A DNA stretch of 64,000 nucleotides. Origin: an uncultured Rivularia sp. GTDB lineage: Bacteria; Cyanobacteriota; Cyanobacteriia; Cyanobacteriales; Nostocaceae. Under the pieces are notes generated by a model, which saw only the letters and a list, made by a program, of their open reading frames with translations, ran no database searches and had not been told where the DNA came from. The stretch spans positions 7,104,001 through 7,168,000 of the forward strand of contig OY762007.1 of the NCBI GenBank assembly GCA_963665115.1, read 5' to 3'. Below, in pieces: positions 1-9,699 of this stretch. Every line of letters starts with the position of its first letter. Position 1 is the first letter of the stretch. The position numbers and the translations under genes were made by a program.

Positions 1-1021
1 GTAGATTAATCAATTCTCCATTGCCAGAAATTACTTCACCAATGTTATAAGCTGCAATATCGTGGGATTCAAAAAATCTAATTGTTTGTTGTGCTTGATT
101 CGCTGGAACTATAAGAACGAAACCAATTCCCATATTGAAGGTATTGTACATAGCTTGAGAATTAACAGAACCCACTTGGGCTAACCACTCGAACACGGGT
201 GGAATCGTCCAGCTATCAGCTTCAACTTTGAAAGATTGTCCTTCTCCCAAACATCTGGGCAGGTTTTCTGGCAATCCACCACCTGTAATATGTGCCATTG
301 CGTGGATTTCTAAACCGTCTTTTTGCGCTGCTAATACTGGTTTAACGTAGATTTGTGTAGGCTGTAAAAAAGTTTCACCCAAGGATTTACCGTTAAATAA
401 ACTTGGGGTATCGTTCCAATTAAATCCTTTATCGCTAATAATTTTTCTTACTAAACTAAAGCCATTGCTGTGTACTCCAGAGCTAGCTAAACCAATTGCA
501 ACATCTGCTACTTTTACCTTAGTTCCATCAAGCATCTGACTTTTCTCGACAATCCCTACACAAAAGCCAGCTAAGTCATACTCCCCCACTTGATAAAAAC
601 CAGGCATTTCGGCGGTTTCTCCTCCCAACAAAGCGCAACCTGCTTGTTTGCAGCCAGAAGCGACACCCGCAACAACTTGGGTTAATTGCTCTTGGTTAAG
701 TTTACCTGTTGCTAAATAATCTAAAAAAAACAAAGGTTCTGCACCGGATGTCAGCACATCGTTAACGCACATAGCCACCAAATCGATACCAATAGTGTCA
801 TGACGGTTAACAATACTGGCAATTTTCAACTTTGTTCCAACACCATCGGTACCCGAAATGAGAACTGGTTGCTTGTAACCACTCGGTAACTCAAAGCAAC
901 CTCCAAAGCCACCCAATCCCCCAATTACTTCCTTTCTAAAAGTGCTGTGAACTAAATCGCGAATTTGACCAACAAAATCGCGTCCAGCTTCAACATCAAC
1001 CCCTGCATCCCGATAATCCAT
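1..1021 (-). CDS. purM: Phosphoribosylformylglycinamidine cyclo-ligase (AIR synthetase), 3' end runs off window
   Basis: Manual translation from ATG at 1021: [13 protein letters not shown]...GGLGGFGG...SGTDGVGTK...GGETAEMPG...HITGGG...TFNMGIG; absent from ORF track because it has no stop in the window. Confidence 0.95.
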   Translation of the reverse strand, partial: MDYRDAGVDVEAGRDFVGQIRDLVHSTFRKEVIGGLGGFGGCFELPSGYKQPVLISGTDGVGTKLKIASIVNRHDTIGIDLVAMCVNDVLTSGAEPLFFLDYLATGKLNQEQLTQVVAGVASGCKQAGCALLGGETAEMPGFYQVGEYDLAGFCVGIVEKSQMLDGTKVKVADVAIGLASSGVHSNGFSLVRKIISDKGFNWNDTPSLFNGKSLGETFLQPTQIYVKPVLAAQKDGLEIHAMAHITGGGLPENLPRCLGEGQSFKVEADSWTIPPVFEWLAQVGSVNSQAMYNTFNMGIGFVLIVPANQAQQTIRFFESHDIAAYNIGEVISGNGELINL

Positions 1022-1080
1022 TTCAATTATCAATTACCAATTATCAATTATCGTTATTGTTCATTGTTTATTGTTTATTG

Positions 1081-1287
1081 TCAAAATACTTTGTCTTCGA
1101 TGCCAACCCACCATTCGCCCAAATTCATTAAATCTTGATGAATATCTTGGAGATTTTCTGCATATTCGTTTTCTGAAATATCGGCTCGCTTTTCTTCCAA
1201 CTTCAAAAGACGTAACTGTATCAGCAGCCAAGGTTTAGAAATACTTTCAGTCGCTTCGATATATTGTCCTAATTCTGTACTATTCAT
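1081..1287 (-). CDS. Small conserved cyanobacterial hypothetical protein (68 aa)
   Basis: ORF track; co-oriented between sodX and purM; LMNLGEWW-type C-terminus. Confidence 0.75.
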   Translation of the reverse strand: MNSTELGQYIEATESISKPWLLIQLRLLKLEEKRADISENEYAENLQDIHQDLMNLGEWWVGIEDKVF

Positions 1288-1332
1288 GTATTAAAAAGTA
1301 TTTGTATTTGATCGCTCCTAACTCCTCACTGA

Positions 1333-1677
1333 TTAAGGAAATTTAGTAGTAACTTTACCAAGAATTTTGTTAGGGGGAATAAAACCGAAAGAGCGGCTGT
1401 CGGTGCTTGAAGAGGTGTTGTCTCCTGTAAGAAAACAAGAACCATCTTCAAGTACTACAGCCACTCTTTTAATTATTTGTTTTGGTTGATAGGGATGCCG
1501 TGCAACTACGATATCACCTACTTCTGGTAGCTTTTGCCGATAAGCTTTTGGGTTAAATAATATTTCCTCTCCTGGCTGAAGCTCGGGAAGCATTGAAACA
1601 CCGCTAACGCGCAATCTTTTCCGCATTCCGACGAGCAACTGTAGCAATTTAAAGGCTGTTTGTAATTCCTCATTCAT
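1333..1677 (-). CDS. sodX: Nickel superoxide dismutase maturation protease (S26 peptidase)
   Basis: V-x-G-x-SMLP, GDIVV, IIKR, GDN...STDSR.FG motifs; directly downstream of sodN; start taken at MNEELQ. Confidence 0.92.
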   Translation of the reverse strand: MNEELQTAFKLLQLLVGMRKRLRVSGVSMLPELQPGEEILFNPKAYRQKLPEVGDIVVARHPYQPKQIIKRVAVVLEDGSCFLTGDNTSSSTDSRSFGFIPPNKILGKVTTKFP

Positions 1678-1765
1678 TGCTCTGAGAGCCAATACAGCTT
1701 TATCAACAATTTAAACTAAAAACTGAAACTAACTTTAATTTCATTTAACGACCATTAAATTCAAA

Positions 1766-2239
1766 TTAGCTAGCTTTGTACCAGGAAACATCGCGGTCTT
1801 TGGTTGCCCAGAACATATTATGGATTTTATGTACGGCTTCCATTAATTCATTGGCGTGGTCTAGATTAACTTCTACTTTACAAGCGGAGCAAAGTTTTGC
1901 TGCTTTCCAGAAGGTGTCGTGCAAGTCAGGATACTTTTCGAGGTGTACTGGCTTGAAATAATCTGTCCAAAGAATTAATAAATCTTCTTTGGTTTTTTGA
2001 GCTTGTTCTTCTTTGATAGCAACGAAGCGAGACAAGGTATTGTGATAAGTAATCATTGATGCTTTGTCACCAACTTCTGGATGCTGCAAATCCATAATTT
2101 TCTTGGTCATGGAGACTACTGCTTCTGCGGTAATTCTAGCGGAAGAAGGGTCGTAAACTCCACAAGGTCCGTCGCAGTGAGCCTGTACCTGTGGTGCGGG
2201 GAAATTAGTTTTTAGCTGTTCAGCAATTTTTTTGAACAT
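1766..2239 (-). CDS. sodN: Nickel-containing superoxide dismutase
   Basis: Nickel-hook motif HCDGPCGVYDP after a ~20-aa leader. Confidence 0.97.
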   Translation of the reverse strand: MFKKIAEQLKTNFPAPQVQAHCDGPCGVYDPSSARITAEAVVSMTKKIMDLQHPEVGDKASMITYHNTLSRFVAIKEEQAQKTKEDLLILWTDYFKPVHLEKYPDLHDTFWKAAKLCSACKVEVNLDHANELMEAVHKIHNMFWATKDRDVSWYKAS

Positions 2240-2646
2240 GATATTTAGAGAAAAGGCTTATCTTCAAATTGGAAGGTAGAAATTGTGGGGAAGCAGTATG
2301 TAGCAAGCGAGTAAATGCGATTTAGTCAAAAACTAAAGTTTTTACTCTACTATCCCCCCCTACCCCATATAGCTTAGTGCTATTGCGTAACCGGGGCAAC
2401 CTATCCAAATGGGTAACTCACCCCATATAAATATATTTTTTCCTTTTCAACTCTATTAAATATCCAAATGATATTCTTCTGTCACCACCAAAAGTGCTAA
2501 CAGAAGATTTTTTGATCTTTAATTGCCATTTGAGAACGGGTACCCCCCAAAAGGATGACAGAGTTTCTTTCTAATGCCAAAATAGAAAGTGGTCGCCCTA
2601 GTTATCCTTTATAGGAAAATAAATGCTAATCGCCCACAGTGGCTAT

Positions 2647-4248
2647 TCATTTCGCGAAGCATTGCTGATAAAGGTTCACAATTCCTGTTGTTACTTCATC
2701 AATGGTTAGACCATCGGAAATTACTTCTATGGCATCTGCTGCTTTCATTAACGGTGAAACCAGTCTGGTGCTGTCTTTCCAGTCGCGTTCTTTAATGCTA
2801 TTTTCTAGTTCCTCAAGACTGACTTCGGGTTGTCCTTGTTTTTGATAGTCTTGTTGGCGACGACGCGCGCGTTCGGAGACGGTTGCAGTTAAGAAGATTT
2901 TTACCTCAGCATCGGGAAAAACTTGAGTCCCGATATCCCGTCCTTCCGCGACTAAACCGCCTTTTTTACCCCAACCTTGCTGTTGTTTGACTAACGCGCT
3001 TCGCACGGCGCTTTGCGCTGCTATTGCTGATACTTTTGATGTTACCTCGGTCGTCCGAATCTTTTTGGTAACGTCATTACCGTCAATCCAAACCCGCACC
3101 GGCGATTTCAAATCTTCGCTGGGAGTTAATTTGATCGAACAACTGTTAGCCAACTCGGCGATCGCACATTCATCTTCTATTGGAATTCCCTTTTGCAATA
3201 CCAGCCAAGTAACGGCACGGTACATAGCACCTGTATCTAAAAATACTAGCCCTAATTTAGCTGCAACTTGACGAGCTACGGTAGATTTACCGGCACCAGC
3301 GGGTCCATCAATGGCGATTATCGGTTGGCGATCGCGCAAAATTATGTTGTCAATCAATCGTGTAGAGCCAAGACGAGCGGCGATCGCAATCATTCCTTCC
3401 TCCTTAATTTCATCTAAAGGTATTAACGTGTATGGTTCAATCAATTCAATATATTCCACAGATACAGTACTGACCATTGCTATTTCTTTACAAACAGCTT
3501 CAATCAGGGTGCTAGTTTTACGAACTCCATCGCGAAATGCAGCATGAGCTTTTTGCAAACCGCGATACAAAACAGCCGCAGAGTCTTTTTGACTAGCAGT
3601 TAAATACTGGTTGCGGGAACTTAAAGCAAGACCATTCGCTTCCCTAACAATTGGGCAAGCGACAATTTCTATGGGAAAATTAAGATCCGCAACTAATCGT
3701 TTAATGATTGCTAGTTGCTGACCATCCTTTTGACCAAAGTAAGCCCGGTCTGGCTGCACCAAATTAAAAAGCTTGGTAACAATAGTAGCCACACCCTGAA
3801 AATGTCCTAGCCGAGTATTACCACACAAGCCTGATATCATATCAGAAGGTGGAGTCACTTGTGTAACAATTGAATCTTGTATACTCTTCCGAGCAACCCC
3901 AATCTCTTCCGGATTTGGTACAAACATAGCATTTACCCCGGCTTCTTCGCAGAATTTTCGATCCTGTTCCAAAGTACGGGGATAATCTTTGTAATCTTCG
4001 TTCGGTCCAAATTGCAGCGGATTGACAAAAATACTGACAATGACAATGGCATTTTCCTGCCGCGCCCGTTCAATCAAGCTTAAATGTCCTTGATGCAAAG
4101 CTCCCATAGTGGGAACTAAGCCTACTGCCGTTGGGAGACGAGTTGTCATTTCAAGCGGTAACGGCTCCTCAGAATGCAAAGGCTCGCTTTGCCAACGGAG
4201 TTTATCCAAATAGCAGCGTAAAGCTACAACCGTTGTCAACAGGCGCAC
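2647..4248 (-). CDS. panC/cmk: Bifunctional pantoate--beta-alanine ligase / cytidylate kinase
   Basis: VPTMGALHQGH, FGQKD, LALSSRN, RLIDN followed by IAIDGPAGAGKST, DTGAMYR, EGRDIGT. Confidence 0.96.
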   Translation of the reverse strand: MRLLTTVVALRCYLDKLRWQSEPLHSEEPLPLEMTTRLPTAVGLVPTMGALHQGHLSLIERARQENAIVIVSIFVNPLQFGPNEDYKDYPRTLEQDRKFCEEAGVNAMFVPNPEEIGVARKSIQDSIVTQVTPPSDMISGLCGNTRLGHFQGVATIVTKLFNLVQPDRAYFGQKDGQQLAIIKRLVADLNFPIEIVACPIVREANGLALSSRNQYLTASQKDSAAVLYRGLQKAHAAFRDGVRKTSTLIEAVCKEIAMVSTVSVEYIELIEPYTLIPLDEIKEEGMIAIAARLGSTRLIDNIILRDRQPIIAIDGPAGAGKSTVARQVAAKLGLVFLDTGAMYRAVTWLVLQKGIPIEDECAIAELANSCSIKLTPSEDLKSPVRVWIDGNDVTKKIRTTEVTSKVSAIAAQSAVRSALVKQQQGWGKKGGLVAEGRDIGTQVFPDAEVKIFLTATVSERARRRQQDYQKQGQPEVSLEELENSIKERDWKDSTRLVSPLMKAADAIEVISDGLTIDEVTTGIVNLYQQCFAK

Positions 4249-4349
4249 AAAAAATCCTCTATCTACACTAGCTTTCCCCCGTTAGTGTATATCCGAATTC
4301 GGGGAAAGAGAGTATTTAAATAGAGGATTATCAAGATTATTAATGATTT

Positions 4350-4665
4350 AGGGCATGGGGGATAGGGAATTGGGCCGAAGGGGGGAATTGGGCCGAAGGG
4401 AAGATTGGACGAGGAAGATGGGGAGACAAGGAGACGGGGAGACAAGGGGACACTATTAAAGTAGTGAGTAGTGAGTAGTGAGTAGTAAGTAATGAGTAAT
4501 AAGTAGCGACGAGTAAAAAGATACGTCTCTACGGCAGCGAGATTTATGACAATGAGAAAAAAGTGATTTACTTGCTACTTGCTACTCTCTACTCTTAACT
4601 CTTAACTCCGTGAGCTATCCCAATTTCCCAACCTTTAACCCTTAACCTTTAACCTTTTACCTCAA
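4350..4665. repeat. STRR-type heptamer tandem repeat cluster
   Basis: (AGTAGTG)n, (CTACTTG)n, (CTCTTAA)n, (CCTTTAA)n and G-rich blocks between rlpA and panC. Confidence 0.85.
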
Positions 4666-4668
4666 TTC

Positions 4669-5679
4669 CTATCTTCCTAAAACTTCAACTCTAACTGGCG
4701 CAATACCTCTACCAATCATTCCGATAACTCCAGCTGCACCCCTAGAAAGGTCGATGACACGACCGCGAATGAAGGGTCCTCTATCGTTGATTCTTACTAC
4801 CACGGAACGTCCGTTACGCATATTGGTAACGCGAACTCTGGTTCCGAAGGGTAGAGTGCGATGGGCTGCTGTCATTCTTGATGGATTAAATCTTTCACCA
4901 GAAGCAGTCTTTCTACCGGCAAAGTAAGCACCGTAGAAGGAAGCTATACCTCTAAAACCTCTTCTTCCTCTTCTGGCAGTTCTTCTTTTTTTTGTTTGAC
5001 GCTTGCTAGAGGCTGTTTCTTGTACTGCTTGTTCTTTTGGTTTAGTTAGCTCTGGAGGTAAGCCAGCAATTGTTTTTAGAGGAGATGCTTTGCCTACTAG
5101 TCTCCGCAAACGATTGGTTGCTTGCAGAGCATCTTGTCTAAGATTTTGGGTTGCGTCAGGAAGACGGGTTTCACCGTTGATTTCTACAAGTTCGGAGCCG
5201 TCTACTTGGATAACGTAGCGCTCGGCAAGGGTTTTTGCTCCGGACTTCGATTCGGCACTACCGTTCCAGCTAACGGTAATTTGAGAGGCATCTACTTTCT
5301 TATTGATTAAATCGTTGATCTTAGCAGCGACTATATTTGCTTTCTCTACTGGATCGCTATAGTTGCTATCAACTGCTACTGCGTTCTGGACTGCGGTTAC
5401 TTTATTCTCTGAATTTGCCACAGGGACAGAATTCAGAAAGGTAAAAACAGGAATGTTACGAATGTAAAGAGTTGCTGCCTGACGGTCTGCTAACTTATGT
5501 GCGTAAACCTTGGTAACGACATTATTCGAGCCGTTATTTGTTACCTCTACTGCACTTTTTTCTGGTGTTTTTTGAGAGGCAATTGATGCTTCATTTACCG
5601 TCTGAGCGCGGCTCATAGAAGGTGTTCCAACAACGGTTGAAATTACAGCTACAACAGTCAACAAAAGTCTTTGATTCAT
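4669..5679 (-). CDS. rlpA: Septal ring lytic transglycosylase RlpA family protein
   Basis: C-terminal DPBB domain G.ASFYG...TASGE.F...[11 protein letters not shown]...VRINDRGPF...IDLS; signal peptide from MNQRLL. Confidence 0.92.
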   Translation of the reverse strand: MNQRLLLTVVAVISTVVGTPSMSRAQTVNEASIASQKTPEKSAVEVTNNGSNNVVTKVYAHKLADRQAATLYIRNIPVFTFLNSVPVANSENKVTAVQNAVAVDSNYSDPVEKANIVAAKINDLINKKVDASQITVSWNGSAESKSGAKTLAERYVIQVDGSELVEINGETRLPDATQNLRQDALQATNRLRRLVGKASPLKTIAGLPPELTKPKEQAVQETASSKRQTKKRRTARRGRRGFRGIASFYGAYFAGRKTASGERFNPSRMTAAHRTLPFGTRVRVTNMRNGRSVVVRINDRGPFIRGRVIDLSRGAAGVIGMIGRGIAPVRVEVLGR

Positions 5680-6648
5680 GCGTCTAATACTAAATAAAGT
5701 TACCAAATAACTGAGGATTGATTATTCGCGGAACGAATGCACCGTTCGGTCGCAATAATCCCCTCATCTAGAATTCTTTTTCTTTCACTTTTCATTTATT
5801 AACTGCAACAGACTAACACGAAGTTATTGACTTGCGTATCCGAGTAAGGGCGTAGGTAACAGTAAATTTATCAGCATTCAATTTACATTTCAAGGGTAAA
5901 AGCTTTACCAATTCTTGATTTAGGCAATGTAACATTTTTTTGATAAATTACAAAATTTAATTATTATAATTTGGGCTATTTAAAAATCAAATCAATTGAC
6001 TATTTTTTTGTTTCTTACCTAATATTTTATACAAACGCAAGTCTTATAAAACTATTCAATTGGATATTTTTTTTAACTAATAAATGCTTAGGTGATATCT
6101 CATTACTTTAAAAAATACTATCACATTCCCCGTATTAGTTCAGTTCTTATAATCACCCGTATTCAAAGGCGCAATCTATGTTATGACCGTGTAAATAGTG
6201 TAATTACTGAGGATAATTGATAATTTAGATGATACGGACTTAAAGAGTTTAAGTTTAATTAGATACTAATAATTAATTTATATCCGTTGTACGCAAAATA
6301 AGTTAAATCGCTGATAAACGATTGACATTTGTTTATCTGAAGGTAAATTAGTTACATTGGCTTAAGTATAAATAATACGGCTGATATTACTTTTACTGAA
6401 TTAATATTTTGTTCTTAAAAAATAACAAACTATGAGATAATACTTGGCATAAATATTTTTTTGACCCCAAAAGCGATCGATATTGTTAATTCTGAAAACC
6501 GCAGGTTGTGCTATTTGTCAAGGGCGAATAATATTGAATGCGATCTATGGTTAATTATTGATAATTTCAGCAATATATGGTTCTAATCCTCTCCGAAATT
6601 TCAAAGAGGGCGATTTTGTATAGACAGGCTACTGGGATTGCAAACTAT

Positions 6649-7330
6649 TTAAACTGTTCCAACTATACCTGCACTTTGATTCGCCATTCTATCGACGGCG
6701 CATATAGCATAAGTTCCAGGTTCAACGGTGGCAAATGTTGTACCTTTTGATCAAACTCGCTGAAGTTTCCAGTTGCTACCACTATGAATATAAAGTGCCC
6801 AAGAACGAATTTCACCACCCCCAGTAGCCCTTTGAATTTTTCAGCGATATCTTGACGATTTTCTTCAATCGCACTGGCGCTAAAGAAAATATTCCCTAAC
6901 GATAACTGTTCGCGCAAACTACGACTAATGGTTACTTGCTGGATGATTTCTCTTTGTTTCCAAGCTTTCGCATCTAAACGCGCAATTGTATTACCTACAT
7001 AGATGTGTCGCTGTTTGGAATTTATGCTCATCCACCAGCGCAGCAATACGGGATAACTTTGCGCGGCTTGGTCGATACGCCAATATAGTTGCGGTGCGAT
7101 ATAATCCAACTAACCTTGCTGCAACCATTTCTTGGCATCGGCGTAAAGTATGTCGTAAGCGTCTAAACCTTTAATTCCAACAGGTTGTCCCCGCACGGTA
7201 AATTCCGAAAGGACTAATACCAAATTTGACATCAGATTTGGCTGAGTTGATACCTTGCCACAGACGCTGCATCATTGTACTCACATTATTTCTACGCCAG
7301 TCATTTAAACTTAATCTTCCACCAGCTAAA
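6649..7330 (-). pseudogene. Degraded glycoside hydrolase family 10-like (YddW/DUF187) gene, C-terminal portion only
   Basis: DWRRNNV, VKFGISPFGIYR, LDAYDILYAD.KKW, DYIAPQLYW, then RSWALY...GTYAICAVDRMANQSAGIVGTV across several frames; in-frame stops, a frameshift, an apparent internal deletion and no 5' half. Confidence 0.8.
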
Positions 7331-7337
7331 TCGCTCT

Positions 7338-7386
7338 CAGCCTGGAAGGCTGGAGCTACACTTACGAAGCCCACCTGCGTGGGCTG
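7338..7386. repeat. Small dispersed hairpin repeat (hairpin-GCTACAC-N-CCCACCTSCGTGGG), copy 1
   Basis: CAGCCTGGAAGGCTG...GCTACAC...AGCCCACCTGCGTGGGCT; related copy at 22175-22221. Confidence 0.7.
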
Positions 7387-7722
7387 AATTAAGCGCAGCT
7401 TTGTAAAGAAATGGTATTAGAAGTTAAAAGTTAGTAATTAATGGTTGACTACATAAGTTTTGAAGGGTAATACATTCGTAGTGGGAGCGTCTCGCTCTCT
7501 ACTTATCTCCCACTTATTTCCTACTGGTAACATCTACTTACAACAACCAAATAAGACTAAATTCTAAATTCCCTATTCCCCAAGCAGTTATTTTCAATAC
7601 ATAAACGACAAATCTTAGATTACAAGGAATTTAATTAAAGAAATTGAGTGCAATCTCACTTGATATCCCGATTAAATCGTTCATAAACTGTAATAGTAAT
7701 TTAGCTGTAGATATATTTAGTT

Positions 7723-8184
7723 TTGTTAGGGATATTGCGTAAATTTACTTATCTATTATTTTTATCTAGTCTAATCTGTATATTAGCTTTTTCCTACGTC
7801 AGCGAAAAATCACCACCTGTAGCTTGCCGTGACTGGGGATTTTCCTCCAAAGCTGAAAAATACTATACTTATCCAGAAAAGATTGTAGTAGAACCTTGGC
7901 GAGGGCAACATCATGTATATGGTATATTTCAGATTCCGGGCGGTTATCTTAACGATAGAATGTTAAAGATCGAAATACCGGGTAGTAAAACTTACTGCGG
8001 GATACTTGCTTACGGTGGTACTGTTGCAATTGATGGCGTTTATCCTAAACCCGGACATTATTTAATGAAGGGAATGTTGAATACTCGCTTTGCGATGAAG
8101 TTGATTTTGCAGGGTAAAGAAGATGAATTGAAGCAACCAGATAATTGGAAGTTGGGATATGCGAAGATTGAGGAGAAGAGTTAG
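7723..8184 (+). CDS. Hypothetical protein with N-terminal membrane anchor
   Basis: ORF track 153 aa, hydrophobic N-terminus. Confidence 0.7.
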   Translation: MLGILRKFTYLLFLSSLICILAFSYVSEKSPPVACRDWGFSSKAEKYYTYPEKIVVEPWRGQHHVYGIFQIPGGYLNDRMLKIEIPGSKTYCGILAYGGTVAIDGVYPKPGHYLMKGMLNTRFAMKLILQGKEDELKQPDNWKLGYAKIEEKS

Positions 8185-8276
8185 GAGTTAGGAGTTAAAA
8201 GTTAGGAATTAAAAACTATAAGTTATAAATTTAAAGATATTTATCTATTCCCCATACCCAATTCCCAATTACCAGT

Positions 8277-9483
8277 TCACAACAACATCCCCGCAATACA
8301 GGCTGTCATAAAACAGGCGATCGCACCACCAATCATTGCTCGAACTCCCATTTGCGCTAAATCTGCTTGACGATTGGGGGCTATTGCTCCAATTCCACCA
8401 ATTTGAATACCTATAGCTCCAATATTAGAAAATCCACAGAGAGCGTAAGTAGCAATTATTCGCGCTCTTTCGGAAATTGCTTCGTCTGCTACCATTTTTT
8501 GTAGGTCTTGGTAGGCGACAAATTCGTTTAAAACAGTCTTTTTGCCCAGTAGAATAGCTACTTGTCCGCAATCTGCCCAGGGTATACCCATCAACCAAGC
8601 TACGGGAGCAAGTAGGTAAGAAAATATCCACTCTAATGAAAGTTGTGGTAAACCAACTAGGGAACCAACATAGCCTAAAATACCGTTTACTAGAGCCAAA
8701 AGTGCTAAAAAAGCAATCAACATTGCAGCAACGTTTAAAGCTAATTTCATTCCTTCACTAGCGCCAGTTGCTGCTGCATCAATTCCGTTGGAATAAGGAC
8801 TTTCTACTTTGATTTTTACTTCACCGGAGGTGGGAGAGTCTTCGGTTTCGGGATAAAGTACTTTAGAAATAGCTAATGCTGCGGGTGCAGACATCACCGA
8901 AGCAGCAATTAAATGTTCTGCTGACACCCCAAAGGATATGTAAGCAGCCATTACACCACCTGCTATAGTGGCAAATCCTCCTGTCATAATCGCGTGTAAT
9001 TCGGAGCGAGTCATTGTTGCTACATAAGGTTTGATTAGTAAAGGTGCTTCAGATTGTCCGACAAAAATATTCGCAGCAGCGCTAAGAGATTCCGAACCCG
9101 ATGTTTTCATCGTTTTTATCATCGCTGATGCGACGACTTGAATCACTCTTTGCAAGATACCGTAGTGGTACAAGATGGTGATGAAGGAAGAGAAAAAGAT
9201 GATTGTGGGTAGTACTTTGAAAGCAATGTAGTGTTCTTCAAAGTTATCCCCAAATACGAATTTGGCTCCAGCATCGGAATAGTTAAGAAATTGACTTACT
9301 ACGTCTCCAAGGAATTTGAATACAACGAAACCGGGTTTTGTTCTCAGAATTAATATTCCAAAAATTAGCTGTAAAGCAATCCCCCACAGCACCGGAAACC
9401 CAACGAATAGCACGACGGTTGACAGATAAACCGTAAGAAATTCCCACAAATGCGAATATTCCGAGTAACGATACTAATTGCAT
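8277..9483 (-). CDS. nupC: CNT/NupC family nucleoside transporter (apparent +1 frameshift near 9400)
   Basis: N-terminus MQLVSLLGIF...NRRAIRW in one frame joins ...LPTIIFFSS, NIFVGQSEAP, GFATIAGG, LNEFVAY, YALCGFSN in another; extra C in CCC at ~9400. Confidence 0.88.
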
Positions 9484-9699
9484 AATCGGTTATTTGTTAG
9501 TGGATAGTTGTTAGGAGTTAGGAGTTAAGGGTTAGGAATGTAGCGGGAGCGTCTCGCTCCCTGGTGACAAATAAAGGGGTGAATTTTAATTTCTCTCGCC
9601 ATTTTCCCATCTCCCCAATACCCAATACTCCATCCGTGATAGAAATACCAGCCAACGGGGAACTCTAATATAAGGACTTTATAAAATGAGCAGATAAAA

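Noticed and set aside
3158..3387. Clustered GCGATCGC octamers (3158, 3328, 3380 and many more window-wide)
   Set aside because: HIP1, ubiquitous in cyanobacteria; used only as a taxonomic cue.
2647..4248. panC-cmk fusion as a novelty
   Set aside because: Standard in cyanobacteria.
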